Assembly (NCBI GenBank): GCA_963706025.1
Contig: CAVPLM010000005.1
Location: 480,001-544,000, forward strand
Length of the DNA stretch: 64,000 nucleotides
Direction of reading: 5' to 3'
From: an uncultured Actinomycetes bacterium
GTDB taxonomy: Bacteria > Actinomycetota > Thermoleophilia > RBG-16-64-13
The notes below the pieces were generated by a model that did not search any database, was not told the DNA's origin, and was given only the letters and a program-made list of their open reading frames with translations. Made by a program: the position numbers and the translations under genes. Shown piece after piece: positions 34,926 through 44,406 of the stretch (its first letter is position 1; each line of letters starts with the position of its first letter).

Positions 34926-36212
34926 ATGAAACCGGTACTGCAATTGGCTCTCGACTTCGTCGACCTCCCCCGCGCCCTGCAGGTGGCCGAAGAAGCGATC
35001 GCCGGAGGGGCGGACTGGCTGGAAGCCGGCACTCCTCTGATCAAGAGCGAAGGTCTGCAGGCCATCCGTGAGCTCAAGGCCCGTTGGCCCGACGTCACCA
35101 TAGTCGCCGATATGAAGACCATGGACGCAGGCCGCACGGAAGTGGAGTGCGCCGCCAAAGCCGGCGCCCGAGTGGTGGGAGTGCTGGGCGCGGCTTCAGA
35201 CGCCACCATCGCGGAGTGCGTGGAGGCTGCCCGCAACTACGGGGCCGAGATCGTCGTGGACATGATCCAGGTGCCCGATGTGGTGGCTCGCTGCATAGCC
35301 GTCCAGGAGACGGGCGCCAGCTACGTGGGCATCCATGTCGCCATCGACGAGCAGATGCAGGGCAAGGCTCCCTGGGATACGTTGCGGGAGGTAGCCAGGG
35401 CCGTGTCGATACCGGTGGCCGTGGCGGGAGGCATCAACTCCGAGACCGCTCCCCTCGCTCTGCAGGCTGGGGCTTCCATCGTAGTCGTGGGCGGCGCCAT
35501 CACCAAGGCCGTCGATGCCACGGCCGCTACCAAAGCGGTGAAGCAGGCCATGGAGACGCTGTTGTCTGTGAAATCGGAGTACTTCGTGCGGGCCACCGGC
35601 CCTGATCTGCGCAAGATGCTGACCCGCGTGTCGACGGCCAACGTCTCCGACGCCCTGCATCGTACCGGAGACCTCCCCGGGCTGCGGCCGTTGACCCCTG
35701 GGTCCAAGCTGGTCGGACCCGCGCTCACCGTCCGCACCGCCCCTGGTGACTGGGCCAAACCAGTGGAGGCTATCGACAAGGCCGAGCCGGGGGACGTCCT
35801 GGTCATCGACGCAGGCGGCGTCCTCCCCGCGGTATGGGGAGAACTGGCCACCAACTCGGCGATAGAGAGAGGGGTGGCCGGAGTGGTCATCTTCGGAGCG
35901 GCCCGTGACACCGGCGATATCCGGTCCCTCGGCTTCCCGCTTTTCTCCACTCTGGTGTCCCCCACTGCCGGGGAAGCCAAGGGCTTCGGCGAGATCGGCG
36001 TGCCGGTCCGTATCGCGGGAGTGCGCGTTTGCCCCGGCGACTGGATCGTCGGGGACGACGACGGTGTGTGCGTCATCCCTCGGGAGAAGGCAGTGGAGTA
36101 CACCAACCGGGCCATGGACGTGCTCGAAAGGGAGAACCGTCTCCGCTCGGAGATCCAGGCCGGCAGCACTCTCAGTCAGGTGGGCTACCTGCTTAGGTGG
36201 GAGAAGAAGTGA
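34926..36212 (+). CDS. hxlA: 3-hexulose-6-phosphate synthase fused to an RraA/HMG-aldolase-like domain
   Basis: LQLALD, LEAGTPLIKSEG, DMKTMDAG, AVAGGI; C-terminal STANVSDA, VWGEL, GAARD, PGDWIVGDDDGV. Confidence 0.9.
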   Translation: MKPVLQLALDFVDLPRALQVAEEAIAGGADWLEAGTPLIKSEGLQAIRELKARWPDVTIVADMKTMDAGRTEVECAAKAGARVVGVLGAASDATIAECVEAARNYGAEIVVDMIQVPDVVARCIAVQETGASYVGIHVAIDEQMQGKAPWDTLREVARAVSIPVAVAGGINSETAPLALQAGASIVVVGGAITKAVDATAATKAVKQAMETLLSVKSEYFVRATGPDLRKMLTRVSTANVSDALHRTGDLPGLRPLTPGSKLVGPALTVRTAPGDWAKPVEAIDKAEPGDVLVIDAGGVLPAVWGELATNSAIERGVAGVVIFGAARDTGDIRSLGFPLFSTLVSPTAGEAKGFGEIGVPVRIAGVRVCPGDWIVGDDDGVCVIPREKAVEYTNRAMDVLERENRLRSEIQAGSTLSQVGYLLRWEKK

Positions 36213-36268
36213 ACAACGTCCCTCACGACTGCGCGCGCTGCTGATACGTCGGGGGAACGACGGCTCCC

Positions 36269-36847
36269 ATGTCCATATTCCGGTGGACCGCCCCCATCTT
36301 CAAGCTGACCGGAGGTCGCTGGTCGGAAGATGACTTCCGGGTGGTGGCGGGGTGGCTCCGGCCCTTCGTGACTCCCAACGGGGTATTCATGGACCTTGGA
36401 GGCGGGACCGGCTACCTGGGCGCCGGCGTGGCCCGGGCCCTCCACGCCCAGGTGGTGATCGTCGACTCCACCCCACAGATGCTGGCCCGTGTTCCGGCGC
36501 AGACCCTTGTCTCCGTGCGACTCGCGGCCGCGGAGGAACTGCCGTTCCCCGACGCCCACTTCGATGCCGTCCTCTGCTCCGACGCCTTCCACCATTTCCG
36601 TGATACAGAAGCGGCGGTCCGTGAGATCAGGCGCACCGTCCGGCCGGGCGGAGGAGTGGTGATACTGGAGATGGATAGGACCGGAGGTGGACGCCTCATT
36701 GCCGCCCTCGAACGGCTGGTAGGGGAACCGGCCGGATTCAGGACCCCCGTCGAGCTACAAGAATACCTGGCGGCCCGCGGTGTATTCGGGACCAGCGCCC
36801 CCCAGGGTCGGATCAGCTACGCCTTCATCGGAGCCGTTCACGATTGA
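36269..36847 (+). CDS. class I SAM-dependent methyltransferase
   Basis: DLGGGTG, AEELPFPDAHFD, AFHHF, RPGG. Confidence 0.88.
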   Translation: MSIFRWTAPIFKLTGGRWSEDDFRVVAGWLRPFVTPNGVFMDLGGGTGYLGAGVARALHAQVVIVDSTPQMLARVPAQTLVSVRLAAAEELPFPDAHFDAVLCSDAFHHFRDTEAAVREIRRTVRPGGGVVILEMDRTGGGRLIAALERLVGEPAGFRTPVELQEYLAARGVFGTSAPQGRISYAFIGAVHD

Positions 36848-36909
36848 CAGAGGGTGGCGGTAAGCTGGCGTCGGAAAGACCGAGCGCATTGCGGGATAGG
36901 AGAGGTGCC

Positions 36910-37761
36910 ATGACCGATATACCGACCACGCCGATCACGGGGGCGACAGCTCTCGCCGGCCAGACCGCCCTGGTCACGGGCGCCGGCAGCCCTGCAGGCA
37001 TCGGTTTTGCCACCGCCCGGCTCTTGGGCGGTATGGGAGCAGCGGTGGCGGTGGCCTCGACCACCGAGCGAATACACGAACGCGCCGCCGAGCTGAAGAG
37101 CGAGGGCGTCGAGGCCTTAGGCCTGGTGGCCGACCTGACCGAACCGTCCCAAGTGGCAGCCCTGGCGGCCGCTGTGGGGGCGTGGCGCCCGGCAGTCGAC
37201 ATCGTTGTCAACAACGCCGGCATGGTCTCGCTCATCAGCGGCTGGGATGCCGAGAAGCCCCTCGAGGACCTGACCCTCGCCGAATGGGATGAGGCGCTCG
37301 CCCGGAATCTGCGTACCGCCTTCCTGGTGACACAAGCCTTCCTGCCTGGGATGAAAGCCCGCAAGTACGGAAGGATAGTGTACGTATCGTCGACTACGGG
37401 ACCTTTGGTGGCGATGCCTCTCCAGTCCACCTATGCGACCGCCAAGGCCGCCATGGTGGGGCTAACACGTGCCCTGGCCCTCGAGGTGGCCCAGGCCGGC
37501 ATCACGGTCAACGCCGTGGGTCCGGGATGGATCGCAACCGCCTCGGCCACCCCTGCCGAGGCGGAGGCTGCTCTGGCGTCACCGCTGCGTCGAGCCGGGA
37601 CCCCGAACGAAGTCGCCGCGCTCATCGCCTTCTTGGCTTCGCCGGCGGCCTCATACGTGACCGGGCAACTGGTGATCGTCGACGGGGGCAATTCGATCAT
37701 CGAGGACAAAAGCTCGTCTCACAATGACGCTTTACCGAATGGGTGCGATCGGCACGAGTGA
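36910..37761 (+). CDS. SDR family oxidoreductase
   Basis: TGAGSPAGIG, NNAG, YATAK (YxxxK), VNAVGPGWI. Confidence 0.92.
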   Translation: MTDIPTTPITGATALAGQTALVTGAGSPAGIGFATARLLGGMGAAVAVASTTERIHERAAELKSEGVEALGLVADLTEPSQVAALAAAVGAWRPAVDIVVNNAGMVSLISGWDAEKPLEDLTLAEWDEALARNLRTAFLVTQAFLPGMKARKYGRIVYVSSTTGPLVAMPLQSTYATAKAAMVGLTRALALEVAQAGITVNAVGPGWIATASATPAEAEAALASPLRRAGTPNEVAALIAFLASPAASYVTGQLVIVDGGNSIIEDKSSSHNDALPNGCDRHE

Positions 37762-37831
37762 GGCGAGGAGCTCTAAGGCCCACCCCTGAGCTTCGCCGCC
37801 GATTCTGCTGCTCGATTCGGGTGGCCGGACC

Positions 37832-38680
37832 TCAGCCGGCCAACGTGATGTTGTCGATCAGCCTCGTATCGCCGAACCAGACCGCCACAGCGATAAGACA
37901 CTCTCCCCTCACGGTCACTACCGGCGAGAGATCGGCCTTGTTGACTATCTCCACGTAATCGATCCGCCCCAGAGTCGCTTCGGCCAACACCGAGCGCACG
38001 GTGCCGTCCAGCACGGCTGCGTCACGCTCGCCGCCGTGTAGCAGCTCTCTCGCTGCCAGGAGTGCGCGGTAGAGAACGGGAGCTTCCTGCCGCTGCTCGG
38101 CGGTCAGGCGCGCATTGCGTGAGCTCAGGGCCAGACCGTCCGCCTCGCGTACGGTGGGACAGGGAACGATTTCCACCGCCAAGTTGAGATCGCGCGCCAT
38201 CCGCGTGACCACCACCAGTTGCTGGGCGTCCTTCTCGCCGAAATAGGCCCGGTCCGGACGGCAGATGTTGAGGAGTTTCGTCACCACGGTGCACACCCCG
38301 CGGAAGTGCCCGGGCCTTGATCTTCCACAGAGCCCGGCGGTCAGTCCCTCCAGATCCACCCACGTAGAGTAGCCTTCCGGGTACATCTCGAGCACGGATG
38401 GAGCGAAGATCAGGTCCGCCCCCGCCGCCGCGGCCAAATCTCGATCGTGCTCCAAAGGCCTGGGGTAGTGCCGCAGGTCCTCGCCCTGCCCGAACTGCGT
38501 CGGATTGACGAATATCGACACGATGACGACCCCGCCGTCCGCCCTGGCCTTGCGAATCAGAGAGAGGTGTCCCTCGTGCAGCGCCCCCATGGTGGGCACC
38601 AGTCCCACCGTCAGTCCGCGGGCGCGCGCCTGCTCGAGCGCGGCCCGCGTCGCAGCAGTGGTCGTCAGACAGCGGCTCAC
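37832..38680 (-). CDS. panC: pantoate--beta-alanine ligase
   Basis: VPTMGALHEGH, FVNPTQF, SRPGHFRGV, FGEKDAQQ, GLALSSRN, RLIDN. Confidence 0.97.
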   Translation of the reverse strand: MSRCLTTTAATRAALEQARARGLTVGLVPTMGALHEGHLSLIRKARADGGVVIVSIFVNPTQFGQGEDLRHYPRPLEHDRDLAAAAGADLIFAPSVLEMYPEGYSTWVDLEGLTAGLCGRSRPGHFRGVCTVVTKLLNICRPDRAYFGEKDAQQLVVVTRMARDLNLAVEIVPCPTVREADGLALSSRNARLTAEQRQEAPVLYRALLAARELLHGGERDAAVLDGTVRSVLAEATLGRIDYVEIVNKADLSPVVTVRGECLIAVAVWFGDTRLIDNITLAG

Positions 38681-39633
38681 GTCACGGACGCAAGGTCCTT
38701 CAAGGCCGGTGCTCCGCCGAGACCTTCCGCCACCCTCACTGCCCTACGAATGCTCATCGCCACAGCCTCGGCTGCGGCAGCCCCCACCTGGAACACGTTT
38801 GACGGTCTCTCGCCGGTGGCGAGAACGAACACGCAGTCCCCATCGACCGGCGTATGCACCGGATTGATCGCCCGGCCAAGTCCATCGTGACTCATCCGCG
38901 CCACGATCGAGCAATGCAGCTTGTCCATCTTGGCGTCGGTCAGGACGACCGACAGTGTGGTGCTCTCCATTGCCGCGAACGTCGGCGCCTCAGGCAAGGA
39001 AAGCAATAGTCTCGCGCTGTCCACGAAGGCATTGTCTCGCCTGGCACCGGCGAGGATGGCGCCATTTTCAGCGATTACGTCCCCGAGGGCGTTGACGACG
39101 GTCAAGGCGGCGACCGTCACCCCCCCGCCCAGAACCACAGTGGACAAGGCCAGGCCTCCCTTCATGAGACCACCCGCGCCCAGGATCTTGCCGACCGTGG
39201 CCCCGGTGCCGGCGCCCACCGAGCCCTCCTCGACGTGGAACCCCGCCGAATCGCAGGCCTGGTAGGCGTCCTCGTAGCTTGGGCAGGCCTGCGCGCTACC
39301 CAGTCCCAAGTCGTATATGACGGCCGCCGCCACCAGAGGAACCCGGGCGTACGGGGTGCGGTAACCGCAACCGCCCTCGCGCAGAAACGCAGTCACACCG
39401 GCGGCCGCCCCCAGCCCAGGGGCGCTCCCACCGGTCAGCAACACGGCGTGGATCTCGCCGACTGCGGCAAACGGCGACAGCAAAGCCGTCTCCAGAGTCC
39501 CCGGCGCACCGCCACGGATATCTACAGAGGCCGTCACCCCGGCAGGAGTGAGGATCACCGTGCATCCCGTCAGGCCCTCACGGTCAGAGAAATGACCGAC
39601 TGAGATCCCTTCCACCGGGAGCGCCAATGTCAT
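38677..39633 (-). CDS. P1/S58 (DmpA-like) peptidase
   Basis: [34 protein letters not shown] (self-cleavage/nucleophile region), PVHTPVDGD. Confidence 0.9.
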   Translation of the reverse strand: MTLALPVEGISVGHFSDREGLTGCTVILTPAGVTASVDIRGGAPGTLETALLSPFAAVGEIHAVLLTGGSAPGLGAAAGVTAFLREGGCGYRTPYARVPLVAAAVIYDLGLGSAQACPSYEDAYQACDSAGFHVEEGSVGAGTGATVGKILGAGGLMKGGLALSTVVLGGGVTVAALTVVNALGDVIAENGAILAGARRDNAFVDSARLLLSLPEAPTFAAMESTTLSVVLTDAKMDKLHCSIVARMSHDGLGRAINPVHTPVDGDCVFVLATGERPSNVFQVGAAAAEAVAMSIRRAVRVAEGLGGAPALKDLASVT

Positions 39634-39691
39634 GTCCAAACCCGTCCCTCGAGCCGATGCCTGCCGGCCTTCACCCGACCCATCCCGGCCG

Positions 39692-40993
39692 TCACCGGGT
39701 GTTCTTCCGCATGCCCTCGAGGAACTCCGGGTTGGACTTGGTCTCTTTCAGCTTGTCGATGAGCAACTCAATAGCCGCATTGGGATCGAGCGCATGCAGC
39801 ACCGCCCTAAGCTTCCACACCATCTTCGCCTCGGCCGGGTCCATCAACAGCTCTTCTTTGCGCGTGCCGGAGTTCTCGATGTCGATGGCCGGGAAGATCC
39901 GCTTGTTGGCCAGTTGGCGAGTCAGACGTACCTCCCAGTTGCCTGTGCCCTTGAACTCCTCGAAGATGACCTCGTCCATCCGCGACCCCGTCTCGACCAG
40001 CGCTGTCGCCAGAATGGTAAGAGAGCCTCCTTCCTCGATATTCCGCGCCGCCCCGAAAAACTTCTTGGGTGGATAGAGAGCCGTCGAGTCGACCCCGCCC
40101 GAGAGTATGCGGCCGCTGGCCGGAGCCTGCAGGTTGTAGGCTCGGGCCATGCGGGTGATCGAATCCAGAAGGACCACCACGTCCTTGCCCACTTCCACCA
40201 GGCGTTTGACCCGTTCCAGCACCAGTTCGGTCACCTGCACGTGGTTCTCCCCCGGCTGATCGAAGGTCGAGCTCACCACCTCGCCGGTCACTGTGCGCTC
40301 CATGTCGGTGACCTCTTCCGGGCGCTCGTCCACGAGCAGCACCAGAAGGTGAACCTCCGGATTGTTGGTGGCGATGGCGTTGGCGATGTCCTTCAGGATG
40401 GTGGTCTTTCCCGCCTTGGGAGGGGAGACGATCAGCCCCCGCTGCCCCTTGCCGATGGGACTCAGCAGATCCATCACCCGGGCGGCTATCCGGTCGGGCG
40501 TCGTCTCCAGCCGCAGGCGTTCGTCAGGAAAGAGCGGCGTCAACGAGTCGAAGGTGGGGCGGTGACGAGCCTGTTCGGGATCGATGCCGTTCACCGATTG
40601 GATCTTGAGCAAGGCATGGTACTTCTCGTTGTCACGCGGGGTGCGCACCTGCCCCGTGATCTCGTCGCCCCGGCGCAATTTGAAACGCCGTATCTGCGAC
40701 AGCGACACGTAGATATCGGAGTCCGACTGCGTATAGCCCTGCGTGCGCAGGAACCCATAGCCATCGGGCAGTATGTCGAGCAACCCTGTGCGAAAATGCA
40801 GGCCCCGGTCCTGAGATTGCTCGTTTAGGATCTTCATGATCAGATCCTGCTTCGAGTACTTCCGGTAATTCTTGATACCCAGCTCGCCCGCGACCATGTG
40901 CAAGTCGGAGAGGAGCTTGGGCTCCAATTCGGCTAGGGACATCGTCTTACTTCCCACTGTTGGCTCATGTTCACCGTCCTTATGTTCGTTCAC
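39692..40993 (-). CDS. rho: transcription termination factor Rho
   Basis: [43 protein letters not shown]. Confidence 0.98.
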   Translation of the reverse strand: MNEHKDGEHEPTVGSKTMSLAELEPKLLSDLHMVAGELGIKNYRKYSKQDLIMKILNEQSQDRGLHFRTGLLDILPDGYGFLRTQGYTQSDSDIYVSLSQIRRFKLRRGDEITGQVRTPRDNEKYHALLKIQSVNGIDPEQARHRPTFDSLTPLFPDERLRLETTPDRIAARVMDLLSPIGKGQRGLIVSPPKAGKTTILKDIANAIATNNPEVHLLVLLVDERPEEVTDMERTVTGEVVSSTFDQPGENHVQVTELVLERVKRLVEVGKDVVVLLDSITRMARAYNLQAPASGRILSGGVDSTALYPPKKFFGAARNIEEGGSLTILATALVETGSRMDEVIFEEFKGTGNWEVRLTRQLANKRIFPAIDIENSGTRKEELLMDPAEAKMVWKLRAVLHALDPNAAIELLIDKLKETKSNPEFLEGMRKNTR

Positions 40994-41038
40994 GTTGGCT
41001 TGTCTTCTCTCCTGGTCGTCAGCTCTTCGGTCCCGCTG

Positions 41039-42052
41039 CTATCTCGCGTCTAGGCTCACCCGCGGCCCTCCGTTACCCGCCCGGTGTATCGTCCTTACCA
41101 CACGTATCGCGTGACAGCGGGAGCAGAGAAGAAGCGTCTCGGAGCGTACTCCGTCGGAGCGGACATCTATGCCCCGCAGGAATCTGCCTCCGGTGACCGC
41201 GGTGGCCACGAATAGCACGCCATCTCCGGCCATGTCGCTCGTGGTCAGACGCGTCTCGATGTCCTCGATACCCGCGATCCTCACCTGCTCAACCTGATGA
41301 CGGGAGACCGGCCAGAAGCGGGCCTGCATCTCGCCCCCCAGACAGCGCAGGGCCGCGGCCGTCATGATGCCTTCGGTGGAGCCTCCGATGCCCACATACA
41401 AGTCGACACCGGCATCTCGCGTCGCCGCAGCGATGCCCGCCGACACGTCACCGTCCGCTATGAGTCTGAGCCGCGCGCCTGAACGCCTGATCTGAGCTAT
41501 CAGATCCTCATGGCGTGGCCGGTCGAGGACGACCACGTTGAGGTCGGCGGGCCGCCGTCCGAGGGCGGCGGCCACTGCGTTGATATTGTCGCCCATGGGA
41601 GCGTCGATGTCGATGGCCGCGGCCGCCTCACCGGCCACGATCAGCTTCTGCATGTACATCTCCGGCACGGCCATGATGCTGCCAGGCGGTCCGGCGGCCA
41701 GCATGCACAAGGCACCGTCCAGGCCGTGCCCCAGGGCGGCATGGCCCTCCAGCGGGTCCACCGCCAGATCCCATATCCCCTGTGGGTCTTCTTCGCTCCC
41801 CGGACCCACTTCGTGGCCCACTTCGTCTCCCACACACAGAGCACTGGACGGCTCTGTGGCTCCGTGACCGGTCACCACCCGTGCCTTGAACGGTGCCGGC
41901 ATCTGAGCAAGCTCAGCCGCCATGGCCTCTCTCGCGGCCTCGTCGCCAAGCAGGCCATCTCCCCTGCCTGCCCACTCGGCAGCCGCAAGACCACCGGCTT
42001 CCGTTACCAGCGCGAAGCGACCACAAATGCACCGTCCCTCAATAGTCCCCAC
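41039..42052 (-). CDS. glpX: GlpX-like class II fructose-1,6-bisphosphatase homolog with degenerate motifs
   Basis: VTEAG, AVDPLEG, YMQKL, LDRPRH, DGDV; GTG start after GAGGAG overlapping the 2PGK end. Confidence 0.8.
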   Translation of the reverse strand: MGTIEGRCICGRFALVTEAGGLAAAEWAGRGDGLLGDEAAREAMAAELAQMPAPFKARVVTGHGATEPSSALCVGDEVGHEVGPGSEEDPQGIWDLAVDPLEGHAALGHGLDGALCMLAAGPPGSIMAVPEMYMQKLIVAGEAAAAIDIDAPMGDNINAVAAALGRRPADLNVVVLDRPRHEDLIAQIRRSGARLRLIADGDVSAGIAAATRDAGVDLYVGIGGSTEGIMTAAALRCLGGEMQARFWPVSRHQVEQVRIAGIEDIETRLTTSDMAGDGVLFVATAVTGGRFLRGIDVRSDGVRSETLLLCSRCHAIRVVRTIHRAGNGGPRVSLDAR

Positions 42053-43019
42053 TGCCCAACTCCTCAGTCTGTTCGATGAGACCATACAAGGCGTCGACGA
42101 CCATCCCCACCGTGTCGTCGATGCTCACGTTGTCCACGACAAGTGTCCCTTCGGCTCCTGCCCGCTCAAGGATGAATTCCTGGATCTTGCGTATCTCCTC
42201 GAATCCCTTCAGGTAACGAGCAAACACCCTGCGCCCAGATGTCTCCTGCTCCCTCACCAAGAAATGGCTACGATGCAGATGCGAGTCGGTCACGGCCACG
42301 ACCAGGGGAAGCAAGAGAGCCTCCCCGCTCCGCTCTCGAGCTCCGATCGAGGCGAGCATCCCGGGAACCATGTGCACACCCTCCACTACCAGGCTGGTGC
42401 GCTCCTCTATCGCCCTATCCAACACGGCCAGCACACCGACATTGACCATCTCCACCTGCTCCATGAAACCTATCAAGTTCGAGTCTATGCCGACGCGCAA
42501 CGGGATCCGAACAGCCTTGTCCGCGTCGTACGACGAGTAGTGGATTGCCGGCATGAGGCTCTCGGAGAAGAAGGCCCTCATCACCTGCCGAATGGCGTCG
42601 GTGGAGATGATCCTCACCACCCCAAGCCGCTCCGCCACCTGGGCGGCGATCGTACTCTTGCCCACCCCGGTGGCTCCTCCGATCAGCACGATGACCGGCA
42701 TGTCCTCTCTAGCCAACCGATTCCAGGCGCGGTAGCGCTGCAGGTACCGTTGCCCTTCGCTCTCAGCCAACACCAGCTCCACCATCTGGCGTAGCCGGTC
42801 CACGCTCACCTCGCGGTCGAGCCCCTGCAGCAGCTGCCACTCCACATCCATGGCCACCCCAAAGGCCCTTTCCGGCGGTAGCCCGGTGGCGGTCAACGTG
42901 GTTGCCAGCAGTCCCTTCGAGAAAGGCACCTTGTGACCCTCTCTCACCAGTTGGATGGGGAAGTTCTCCGGCCTGGAAAGCCTGGCGCCCGTGTCTTGCC
43001 GGCCTTCGCCGCTGCCCAT
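42039..43019 (-). CDS. pgk2: 2-phosphoglycerate kinase (ATP-cone plus P-loop)
   Basis: PFSKGLLATTLTATG ATP-cone, GGATGVGKST, STDAIRQVMR, EGVH; adjacent to cpgS. Confidence 0.88.
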   Translation of the reverse strand: MGSGEGRQDTGARLSRPENFPIQLVREGHKVPFSKGLLATTLTATGLPPERAFGVAMDVEWQLLQGLDREVSVDRLRQMVELVLAESEGQRYLQRYRAWNRLAREDMPVIVLIGGATGVGKSTIAAQVAERLGVVRIISTDAIRQVMRAFFSESLMPAIHYSSYDADKAVRIPLRVGIDSNLIGFMEQVEMVNVGVLAVLDRAIEERTSLVVEGVHMVPGMLASIGARERSGEALLLPLVVAVTDSHLHRSHFLVREQETSGRRVFARYLKGFEEIRKIQEFILERAGAEGTLVVDNVSIDDTVGMVVDALYGLIEQTEELGSGDY

Positions 43020-43023
43020 CCCG

Positions 43024-44406
43024 CTACACCCGCTTCTCGAAACGCGTTCTTGCCAACTGAGCCAACTCCTCCGCCACCTGAGCCAGACGCCCCTCGTGTC
43101 CGGGCGACACCTCGACAGGAAGGTTGTCGACGAACACCACTTCAAGTCCACGTGCTTCGGCTTCGGCGGCCACCATGTCGATGGCCGCAGCCTTGATCTC
43201 CGTCAGAACCGCGTCCACCCGCCCCATCTCCGGCCGCTCTAGATCGGCGCGCAATTCCGGCCGACTGGAGAGGTTCCCCGAGAACAGCTCCACTCGGCAG
43301 CCCCAGCGCTCCTCCATGTACCGCCTCAGCAACCCCTCCTGGACGCGAGGCGCCGAGGAGAAGAAGGCTACCCGTCTACCCTCGACCGGCTGCGCCGGGT
43401 GCGGCCTGAACACGACGGGAAGGACCTCTAACCCCGGTTTGACCTCGTTCACCGCGTCAAAGACTGCGCGCACCTTCTCCCTCGACGCTAGAGGCTCCTC
43501 GGCCATGGTCAGCACCAACGCATCGCTGGTTAGCAGGCGATATGTCCCCAGGTATCCGGCGATGTGTTCCACCGGCTGCTGGGCTCCGGCCACCAGCAGG
43601 CGCGCATCTGTGCCGACGGGCGGCAGAGTCGCCCCACTGCCCTCAAAGATCACCAGACCCGGGGCCAGGCTGTTGGCCAGTCGCGCCCCGGCAGCCACAT
43701 TTGAGACGAAGGGCTCTCCGGCCATGCCCCCGCCACATCTGCGGCACCCTACGGTCACCACCCGGCTAAGGACCGCATCCTCGAAGTGATCCGACGCCGC
43801 GTGCCGGCCCTCCCGACTCCAGGCCAGAAGATCCTCGACAGTCAGACCGACCCGAGCCCCGTCGATGATCTCGGGTTCCGCAGGACCGCCGCGCCCCATC
43901 GCCACGACCACCACTTCGTGCGCGTCTTCCCTGGTCGCCAAGCCCCGCAAGACCCGCGCCACGTAGCCGCTGATCGCCGTTTTGCCCACCCGCTTCCCCG
44001 TCCCGACGACGGAAAGCGAAGGACTTGCGCAAAGATGATCTGAGCTTGTAGGGCTGAAGTGGAAATCCGGACCAACGTAGCCTACGTTCCGCGCCAAGCT
44101 GTGGCTGATGAGACGGAAACGCACCTCGTATCCTAGCACCGGCTCATCGCTCAGGTCAACGACCACCTCCGGATCGAACATCTCGATGGCCCGGCCCAAG
44201 CCTCGGCTCAGATCCGGGTCGAACACTACAGGCAGACCATAGATTCTTTCGGCCGCAGCCTCTAGGTCATCGTCCCTGATCTTCTCGAACCCACCTAGGA
44301 ACAGGGCGCCCCGGAACTCGAAACGCTCCGCGGCTTGTCGTAGGGCGTCGACCACCACCGACGGATAGTGCTCCCCATCGATCAGAGCGACGGCCGGCTG
44401 CTTCAT
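43024..44406 (-). CDS. cpgS: cyclic 2,3-diphosphoglycerate synthetase
   Basis: LIDGEHYP, DLSDEPV, GTGKRVGKTA, MGRGGP, HAASDHFEDA, GCRRCGGG, EGSGA, EIKAAAID. Confidence 0.88.
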   Translation of the reverse strand: MKQPAVALIDGEHYPSVVVDALRQAAERFEFRGALFLGGFEKIRDDDLEAAAERIYGLPVVFDPDLSRGLGRAIEMFDPEVVVDLSDEPVLGYEVRFRLISHSLARNVGYVGPDFHFSPTSSDHLCASPSLSVVGTGKRVGKTAISGYVARVLRGLATREDAHEVVVVAMGRGGPAEPEIIDGARVGLTVEDLLAWSREGRHAASDHFEDAVLSRVVTVGCRRCGGGMAGEPFVSNVAAGARLANSLAPGLVIFEGSGATLPPVGTDARLLVAGAQQPVEHIAGYLGTYRLLTSDALVLTMAEEPLASREKVRAVFDAVNEVKPGLEVLPVVFRPHPAQPVEGRRVAFFSSAPRVQEGLLRRYMEERWGCRVELFSGNLSSRPELRADLERPEMGRVDAVLTEIKAAAIDMVAAEAEARGLEVVFVDNLPVEVSPGHEGRLAQVAEELAQLARTRFEKRV

